The notes below the pieces were generated by a model. It was not told the origin of the DNA. It worked only from the letters and a program-made list of their open reading frames with translations, and ran no database searches. DNA of 64,000 nt from Bdellovibrionales bacterium. Lineage in GTDB: Bacteria; Bdellovibrionota; Bdellovibrionia; Bdellovibrionales; UBA1609. The position numbers and the translations under genes are program-made. Of the stretch, positions 57,693 to 64,000 are shown piece after piece. Numbering within the stretch: the first letter of the stretch is position 1; the number at the start of each line of letters is the position of its first letter. The DNA is taken from assembly GCA_027317865.1 (NCBI GenBank), contig DAHVQG010000003.1, positions 159,263-223,262 of the forward strand, given 5' to 3'.

Positions 57693-58103
57693 GTGAAATC
57701 ACGCACATTCAATTACGCCGGAAAAAAAATCAAAGCCTATTATAAATCTGCAGGCAAAGGTTATGAAGTGGGGGTGTGCTACGGTTCAAAAACACTTTTT
57801 GTCGGCAACTTTATTCATTCGGCAGAAGCTACGGCTTGGTACGGCCTTATGGGTAAAGAGATTGGTCGCGTCAGCCGCAAATTTCATGGTTGGAAAGCGC
57901 AACCCACGCCGTTTCATTGGAAGTTTGTCAGCAACACCCTCTACAAACACTACTACGATTATTTAAACCGCTGTTTTGACCAACACACGAAAAATTACCA
58001 TCGTCAATTCAATCAAGATGTCAAAACTTGGAAGCAAATGAAACGCCACCCAAAATCAGCGTGGAACTCACGTGCGGTCGCTTACACGCGACGCGCGGCA
58101 TAG
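57693..58103 (+). CDS. Basic, aromatic-rich hypothetical protein
   Basis: Strong SD AGGAGG before GTG 57693; ends TRRAA. Confidence 0.7.
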   Translation: MKSRTFNYAGKKIKAYYKSAGKGYEVGVCYGSKTLFVGNFIHSAEATAWYGLMGKEIGRVSRKFHGWKAQPTPFHWKFVSNTLYKHYYDYLNRCFDQHTKNYHRQFNQDVKTWKQMKRHPKSAWNSRAVAYTRRAA

Positions 58104-58111
58104 TTTGCGGC

Positions 58112-58924
58112 TTACGGTAAATGAGTTCGATTCGGCATCGGCCATTGCGCGCGATAGGCGTATAGGCCGATGCTTGTTGCTGCAACAGCGTTGAGCGAAT
58201 CCATGTCCGGCTTCATCAAAATCGAAAGTCGGTGGCTCGTATAAGGTTCTGCCGAAAATTCCGCGGGAATGCCTTTGCCTTCTTCGCCAATAAGTAGTCG
58301 AAAATTTTTTGGGAATTTAAACTGCGAAATGTCGCGACCGTTTTTATCGAGCGCCCATAATTCGGCGGCCATTTGCGGTGACGCCAAAGCGTGAATCGAT
58401 TGGCCGTGTGCGAGCGTGTTCGACCAACCAAGCCGTAACGCTGATCCGCTCGACGCCCGTATTACTCTAGGCAAAAACGGATTGGCGCACTCAGATAGCA
58501 AAATCACTTTGTCGACGCAAAAGGCTTCGGCGGAACGCAGTGCTGCCCCTAAATTAAGCGGATTCGAAAGGGCCAGCAGAAGTTCTAGGCCGCACGGTGA
58601 TTTGGCAAAGTCGAATTGTTCTACAGGCGGGATCTCCCCCCAAACAATTGGATAATGGGTGCCCAAAATATCAAGTTCATCAAAGAGCTTTTTTGCAAGC
58701 TCGATGACGGGTGTTGAATTCGCAGGTGAGAGATCTAGCCCGTTGAGCGACATATTCGGTGCGACGATTATAGCTTTCGCCTTTTTTTGAACCCGTGCAC
58801 AAAACTCTGGAACAAGCCTTCGGCCCGAAAGCAAAAACTCGCCATATTTGTTTATACCGGCGGAATTCAGCAGTGATATAAGACGTTGAAATGTCGAGTT
58901 GGCGCGGCTGTCGATACGTTTCAT
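58112..58924 (-). CDS. TrmH/SpoU family RNA methyltransferase
   Basis: [31 protein letters not shown]; start set at ATG 58924. Confidence 0.92.
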   Translation of the reverse strand: MKRIDSRANSTFQRLISLLNSAGINKYGEFLLSGRRLVPEFCARVQKKAKAIIVAPNMSLNGLDLSPANSTPVIELAKKLFDELDILGTHYPIVWGEIPPVEQFDFAKSPCGLELLLALSNPLNLGAALRSAEAFCVDKVILLSECANPFLPRVIRASSGSALRLGWSNTLAHGQSIHALASPQMAAELWALDKNGRDISQFKFPKNFRLLIGEEGKGIPAEFSAEPYTSHRLSILMKPDMDSLNAVAATSIGLYAYRAQWPMPNRTHLP

Positions 58925-58972
58925 AATCTCGTTGTACTTGTTTTCACCGATAAAATCATTCACAATACGAGG

Positions 58973-60034
58973 ATGTCCAACGATAAAAACGACAATAAAA
59001 ACGCCGACAAAAGCGCTATAGTTCAATCGGCTCAAGACATTGAAGCGCAAGCGGCGGCCGAAATCACAAAAGCTCCCAGCAGTCGTGAATTGTACGACCT
59101 GAAAACTAAATATCTCGGTAAACAAGGGTCTCTTTCGCTGCTCATGCGTGAATTGGGCAAACTCGGATCCGCCGACCGGCCGGGCGTAGGCCAATTGTTC
59201 AACGACATAAAAAAGCGCCTTGAAGTAGCCTATGCTCAGCGCGAAAACGAGCTCAAAGCCAGCGAGATCAACGCAGCAATTGCGCGTGAACGTCTCGATC
59301 TCACTTTGCCAGGTCCGCATTTAGATCTTGGGGCGGCTCATCCCGTTTCGATCGTGATTCGCGAAATTGTCGAAATTCTGGGCCGTATCGGCTACAGCGT
59401 GAGGCAAGGTCCGCTCATTGAAACCGATCGCAATAATTTTACAGCTCTGAATATTCCCGAAGATCATCCGTCGCGCGACTTACAAGATACGTTTTACATC
59501 GATGACCGGCATGTGTTGCGCACGCACACCAGCCCCGTGCAGGTACGCACGATGGAAAATGAAAAGCCACCGCTTCGCGTACTTGCTCCAGGGTCGGTTT
59601 TTCGTTGTGACAGTGATGCCTCGCACGCGCCGCATTTTCATCAAATCGAAGGGCTGCTTATCGATCGAAAAGTATCGATGGCTGATTTGCGTGGCACCAT
59701 TTCTTATTTTGTTGATGAGTTTTTTGGTCCGGGTCTGAAAAAGCGATTTCGCCCGAGCTTTTTTCCGTTTACCGAGCCATCCGCTGAGGTGGATTGTTCG
59801 TGCCCGATTTGCCGTGGCAACGGTTGCCGTTTATGTAAACAATCGGGTTGGATTGAAATCGGCGGTTCGGGGTTGGTGAATCCCAAAGTGCTGGCTAATT
59901 GCGGGCTTGACCCAGAAGAATGGCAAGGTTTTGCCTTTGGTTTTGGCATCGAGCGAATGGCAATCATTAAATATGCAATAGACGACATCCGGCTTTTTAG
60001 CGAAAACGATTTGCGTTTTTTAAGGCAATTTTGA
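58973..60034 (+). CDS. pheS: Phenylalanine-tRNA ligase alpha subunit
   Basis: [45 protein letters not shown]. Confidence 0.98.
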   Translation: MSNDKNDNKNADKSAIVQSAQDIEAQAAAEITKAPSSRELYDLKTKYLGKQGSLSLLMRELGKLGSADRPGVGQLFNDIKKRLEVAYAQRENELKASEINAAIARERLDLTLPGPHLDLGAAHPVSIVIREIVEILGRIGYSVRQGPLIETDRNNFTALNIPEDHPSRDLQDTFYIDDRHVLRTHTSPVQVRTMENEKPPLRVLAPGSVFRCDSDASHAPHFHQIEGLLIDRKVSMADLRGTISYFVDEFFGPGLKKRFRPSFFPFTEPSAEVDCSCPICRGNGCRLCKQSGWIEIGGSGLVNPKVLANCGLDPEEWQGFAFGFGIERMAIIKYAIDDIRLFSENDLRFLRQF

Positions 60035-60055
60035 TCGGGAGTGAACGAGGATTAA

Positions 60056-62536
60056 ATGAAACTGTCTCTCAAGTGGATAAATGAATTTGTCGACATTGCC
60101 GACTATATGTCAAAGCCGCGTGAACTCGCGGAGTGGCTCATAAAAGCGGGTTTAGAAGTTGAGCAGATCGAAGATCCGGCAGAATCTTTTCATCACGTTG
60201 TCGTTGGTCATATCGTAGAACTCGGCAAGCACCCCAACGCCGATAAATTGACTCTTTGCCAAGTCGATACGGGTGAAAAAACGCATCGGCAAATTGTTTG
60301 CGGGGCCAAAAATCATAAACAAGGCGACAAGGTGGTGGTCGCAACCCCGGGCGCTGTTTTGCCTGGAAATTTCGCGATCAAAATCTCAAAAATTCGCGGC
60401 ATCGAAAGTCAGGGCATGCTGTGTTCAGAGTCTGAACTCGGCTTTAAAGAAAAAAGTGAAGGCATTTTGATTTTACCAAAAGACGCTCCGATCGGTGTGC
60501 CGTTTGCGGAATTTCAAGGCCTTGACGACGTGATTTTTGATCTTTCAATCACGCCGAATCGGGCCGATTGTCTCAGCCATTTGGGTCTTGCGCGTGAGAT
60601 TTCGTGTCTTCTCGACCGCCCGCTAAAGCCGGTTTCTACGAAACCTAAAAATACGGTGCGAGCGGGTGCCGGTAAATCTGGTGCGAAAAACAAGGTGGCC
60701 GTCGAGGTTCGCGATAGCGAACTTTGCCCGCGTTACAGTGGGCAAACAATATTTGGTGTAAAGGTTGGGCCGAGCCCGGCGTGGCTCAAACAACGCCTCG
60801 AATCTCTTGGCGTGAACTCAGTTAATAACGTTGTCGATGTGACAAATTATGTGATGCTTGAACGCGGGCAGCCGCTCCATGCGTTTGATTTGGCGCAATT
60901 GCGCGGGCAAAAAATTACCGTGGCGCGGTCGACACCGAATGAGAAATTTAAGACTTTTGACGGTACTGAGCTTACGCTTTCAGGCGAAGAACTCACCATT
61001 CGTGACAACGAACGGGCCGTGGCGCTTGCGGGAGTGATCGGCGGCGTAAATTCTGGAGTGAGCAATTCAACACGCGACGTATTTTTAGAAGCCGCTTACT
61101 TTAACCCGAAAGGTGTGAGACGTACGAGCCGGCGTTTGGCCGTTGATACCGATTCGGCCTATCGTTTCGCTCGCGGTGTCGACATCAACGGCGTCATTGA
61201 GGCGATGGCACGTGCCAGCGAGCTACTTTGCGAATTAGCCGGCGGTGAATCTTCCGCAGACCATGTCGACGTTTATCCGAAACCGGCGCCACAGCCGCGT
61301 ATTGTGGTTCGTCAGCAAAAGCTGAGCGAGCGCTTGGGTTACGAAGTGAAAATGGCGGATTTTGTTCGTGTTGTTAAGCGTCTTCATTGCACGGTCAAAG
61401 ATGAACCTAAAGCCGGCGCCGGGGATCGTGTGACGGGCGAGCAGGTGAATATTGTGCCACCCTCCTTTCGCGTTGATCTCGAAATCGAAATGGATCTTGT
61501 TGAAGAGTACGGGCGGTTGAACGGTTACGATAAAATTCCCGAAACATTTCCGGTTTTGCGCGGGCGTCCGACTGATCACGCCGCGAGCTATGTCGGCGAA
61601 GAACGAGTTCGTGACCAACTGGTACGCGAAGGTTTTTTTGAAGCGCGAAATTACGCCTTTTTGAGCCCAAAGTGGCAGTCTGAATTTGTTGACTCCACTG
61701 GTGCGGCGCAGGTTGTGCGGGTACGCAATCCGCTCAGCGAAGAAACAAGTGCGATGCGCATGAGCTTACTGCCGGGGTTGGTGCAAAATCTAATCTACAA
61801 TGAACATCGTGGCGTACATTTCGGGCGGCTTTTTGAGGCAGGGCGCGTGTTTGTAAAAGAGGATTCTCCCACAGACGATAAAGGGGATTATCTACCGGTG
61901 CCGGGATTTCACGAACCGCATCGGTTGGCACTAATTGCATGGGGCCACTGTCAGGGTTTGTGGCAGAAATCGACACATCCTGTGGTGTATGATTTGAAGT
62001 CGGCTCTCGTCGAACTTGCAAATTCATTGGGCGGGCGGATCGAAGTCCGTTCGGGATCAACTCCCGCGTTTTTGCACCCCGGGCAATCGGCTCAATTGTT
62101 TTATGCTGGGCGGGCAATTGGGTTTTTCGGGAGTCTGCACCCGCAAATTCGCGACCGGTACAAAATTCGCTCCGATACCGCTGTTGCAGAGTTAGATTTA
62201 GGTGCACTATTGCATCGCGTATCGAAGGCCGGCACTAAAGTGAAGGCGATTTCGAAATTTCCGTCAGTTGAGCGAGATTTTTCGTTAGTGGTAAGCGATT
62301 CGGTGATTGCCGGTGATATTGTTCGCGAAACTGAAAAGGTTGCAGGGACCCTTTTGCAAGAGGTCGAGGTGTTTGATGTCTTTCGGGGAACTGGCGTTGC
62401 AGAGGGCCACCAGTCCGTGTCAATTCGCGTTGTTTTGCAAGATATAGAATCGACCTTGTCAGAAGAGCGGTTGCAAGCATTTGCAAAAAGTCTTTTAGAA
62501 CGGCTTGAACAAAAATTTGCGGCTAAGATACGATAG
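60056..62536 (+). CDS. pheT: Phenylalanine-tRNA ligase beta subunit
   Basis: HPNADKL, IVCGA, TPNRADCLS, GQPLHAFD, FDX-ACB domain. Confidence 0.98.
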   Translation: MKLSLKWINEFVDIADYMSKPRELAEWLIKAGLEVEQIEDPAESFHHVVVGHIVELGKHPNADKLTLCQVDTGEKTHRQIVCGAKNHKQGDKVVVATPGAVLPGNFAIKISKIRGIESQGMLCSESELGFKEKSEGILILPKDAPIGVPFAEFQGLDDVIFDLSITPNRADCLSHLGLAREISCLLDRPLKPVSTKPKNTVRAGAGKSGAKNKVAVEVRDSELCPRYSGQTIFGVKVGPSPAWLKQRLESLGVNSVNNVVDVTNYVMLERGQPLHAFDLAQLRGQKITVARSTPNEKFKTFDGTELTLSGEELTIRDNERAVALAGVIGGVNSGVSNSTRDVFLEAAYFNPKGVRRTSRRLAVDTDSAYRFARGVDINGVIEAMARASELLCELAGGESSADHVDVYPKPAPQPRIVVRQQKLSERLGYEVKMADFVRVVKRLHCTVKDEPKAGAGDRVTGEQVNIVPPSFRVDLEIEMDLVEEYGRLNGYDKIPETFPVLRGRPTDHAASYVGEERVRDQLVREGFFEARNYAFLSPKWQSEFVDSTGAAQVVRVRNPLSEETSAMRMSLLPGLVQNLIYNEHRGVHFGRLFEAGRVFVKEDSPTDDKGDYLPVPGFHEPHRLALIAWGHCQGLWQKSTHPVVYDLKSALVELANSLGGRIEVRSGSTPAFLHPGQSAQLFYAGRAIGFFGSLHPQIRDRYKIRSDTAVAELDLGALLHRVSKAGTKVKAISKFPSVERDFSLVVSDSVIAGDIVRETEKVAGTLLQEVEVFDVFRGTGVAEGHQSVSIRVVLQDIESTLSEERLQAFAKSLLERLEQKFAAKIR

Positions 62537-62626
62537 TGATAGGGTTTTTATAGGGGAGCGGTAAAAAGCCGCGAACAAAAGCGCGGTAGCCCGCGAAATT
62601 TACGCCGACGCCGAAGGGGGCAATTT

Positions 62627-62977
62627 ATGGCGACCGGAAAACCGGCAAGCGAAAAATCGACGATGACTAAGGCCGATATAGTTGAACAGGTCTACCAAAA
62701 AATTGGATTTTCAAAAAAAGAGGCGTCTGAATTGGTGGAGATGGTCTTTGATCAGCTCAAAGGGACTTTAGTCGCCGGCGAAAAGGTGAAGATATCGGGG
62801 TTTGGCAATTTTATTGTGCGTAAGAAAAATGAGCGCACGGGTCGAAATCCGCAAACGGGTGAGCAAATTCGAATTTCTGCAAGGCGTGTTCTGACGTTTC
62901 GTCCGAGCCAAGTTTTGAAAGGCATTTTAAACGGAGAAGACGTGTCACAAATAAAAGAGGACGATGACAATGAATGA
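62627..62977 (+). CDS. ihfA: Integration host factor alpha subunit
   Basis: [23 protein letters not shown]; follows pheT. Confidence 0.95.
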   Translation: MATGKPASEKSTMTKADIVEQVYQKIGFSKKEASELVEMVFDQLKGTLVAGEKVKISGFGNFIVRKKNERTGRNPQTGEQIRISARRVLTFRPSQVLKGILNGEDVSQIKEDDDNE

Positions 62978-63485
62978 AGAATCGGTCTACGACGTTTTCA
63001 ATGAAAAACGATTTGCTCCTTCATTGCGTGATTTCTCTGGCGTACTGTTTGATGCGCAATTGCAAAAAGAAATGGCTGCGATCCCTGAAAAATTAGCGTT
63101 TAAAATTGGCGAAGTGGCAGATATTGCGCGGGTGAAGCCATACGTGCTTCGCTATTGGGAGACCGAATTCGATCAGTTGGCCCCGCAAAAGTCGAGCAAA
63201 AATCAACGTGTCTATCTACGTCGCGACGTTGAGATTGTGTTAATGATCAAGAAATTGTTGTACCGCGATCGGTTTTCGATCGAAGGGGCGCGCGTGGCCC
63301 TCACGCGGCTCAAACGCGAATCAAAGCAAATTCAGTCTGCCGGTGGTTTTGAAGAAATAGCAACTGAGGAACAAACGGCTAGTAAGCGGGCGCACGATAA
63401 AACTCAGAAGCTCGTTGAAATTCGCCGCCAACTAGAAGATATTGTCTTGCACGTTTCAGCCTTGAAACAGATGGTGCGTTTCTAG
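62964..63485 (+). CDS. MerR-family transcriptional regulator
   Basis: FKIGEVA...[10 protein letters not shown]; canonical ihfA-merR-tRNA-Pro synteny. Confidence 0.93.
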   Translation: MTMNEESVYDVFNEKRFAPSLRDFSGVLFDAQLQKEMAAIPEKLAFKIGEVADIARVKPYVLRYWETEFDQLAPQKSSKNQRVYLRRDVEIVLMIKKLLYRDRFSIEGARVALTRLKRESKQIQSAGGFEEIATEEQTASKRAHDKTQKLVEIRRQLEDIVLHVSALKQMVRF

Positions 63486-63507
63486 TACAACTGTCTCCAA
63501 ACGCATT

Positions 63508-63584
63508 CGGACCGTGGCTCAGCCCGGTAGAGCGCTTGCTTGGGGTGCAAGAGGTCGTGGGTTCAAATCCCGCCGGTCCGACCA
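63508..63584 (+). tRNA. tRNA-Pro (GGG)
   Basis: CGGACCG acceptor stem, CTTGC-TTGGGGT-GCAAG anticodon arm, GGTTCAAATCC T-arm, 3' CCA. Confidence 0.96.
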
Positions 63585-63737
63585 ACTTTTTCCATACCGT
63601 TTGTTATTCACGAATAAAAAATCAAAAATTGTAAGTACTTGAATTAACTGAAGTGGGCGCGACGTCCGACCGCAATGCCCGACCTCGCGTCTCCTTACCC
63701 TGACATTCGAAATTTGCCCAGCATGTCGTCACAGTGA

Positions 63738-64000
63738 CTATATTTTGCCTGCCAACACAATAGAAGGGAGTAGTCCGTTGAACATGGCCACCACAAGTCT
63801 TTTCAGCTTTTGCAATGGCAGTTCCTTCTGCTGCCTGTTTCGTTCCACCGTCAGGACCAGCTGCGGTCCCGCTTGAAATAAACGTAATAGGTTGACCCTC
63901 AAGTTGGATGGATCGGGTAGACTGTCTTTTCGTCGCACTACAAATGAGGTGTAGCCCAAAGCCAGTTTCAATTTGGTTATTTCTGTGATCCCCTTGGACA
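63738..64000 (-). CDS. Possible hypothetical protein, 5' end outside window
   Basis: Frame is open from the window end to TAG at 63738; no recognisable motif. Confidence 0.35.
   Translation of the reverse strand, partial: SKGITEITKLKLALGYTSFVVRRKDSLPDPSNLRVNLLRLFQAGPQLVLTVERNRQQKELPLQKLKRLVVAMFNGLLPSIVLAGKI

Noticed and set aside
58925-59320. N-terminal extension of the TrmH ORF (402 aa in track)
   Set aside because: Antisense shadow of pheS; SpoU similarity begins at MKRIDS (58924)
59794-59836. Cys cluster in PheS
   Set aside because: Common CxxC-x4-CxxC insert in many bacterial PheS proteins
63379-63585. 68-aa ORF MVGPAGFEPTTS
   Set aside because: Classic antisense translation of a tRNA

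Overview
A compact, gene-dense chromosomal segment. It is most likely from a Bdellovibrionota (Bdellovibrio-like) bacterium; this is inferred from F-N-N-C lipoboxes, a pilA-pilG-like pair, an orphan FliG-C protein and many secreted hypothetical proteins. Core genes: proBA, mutS2, lnt, phoBR, pdxJ, nrnA, greA, sohB, mutM, rpsD, pilA, dnaJ-dnaK, and pheS-pheT-ihfA-merR-tRNA-Pro(GGG). Four items stand out. (1) A five-gene island at 53.7-57.5 kb encodes a LuxI/FeeM-like acyltransferase, an XRE-HTH/V4R-like regulator, a small XRE regulator, a ThiF/E1-like adenylating enzyme and an alpha/beta hydrolase; it is a candidate undescribed small-molecule signalling or biosynthetic system. (2) The adjacent lexA-imuA-imuB-dnaE2 cassette has two perfect 19-bp repeats (GTAC-N7-GTAC) in its promoter, a candidate unusual SOS box. 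(3) A DUF3443 pepsin-like lipoprotein appears circularly permuted and sits in a DUF2844 operon divergent from a two-component system. (4) The first three proteins of the window share a C-terminal Cys-x3-Leu motif. No CRISPR array, rRNA, transposase or integrase was seen. All family assignments come from reading motifs by eye, not from database searches.
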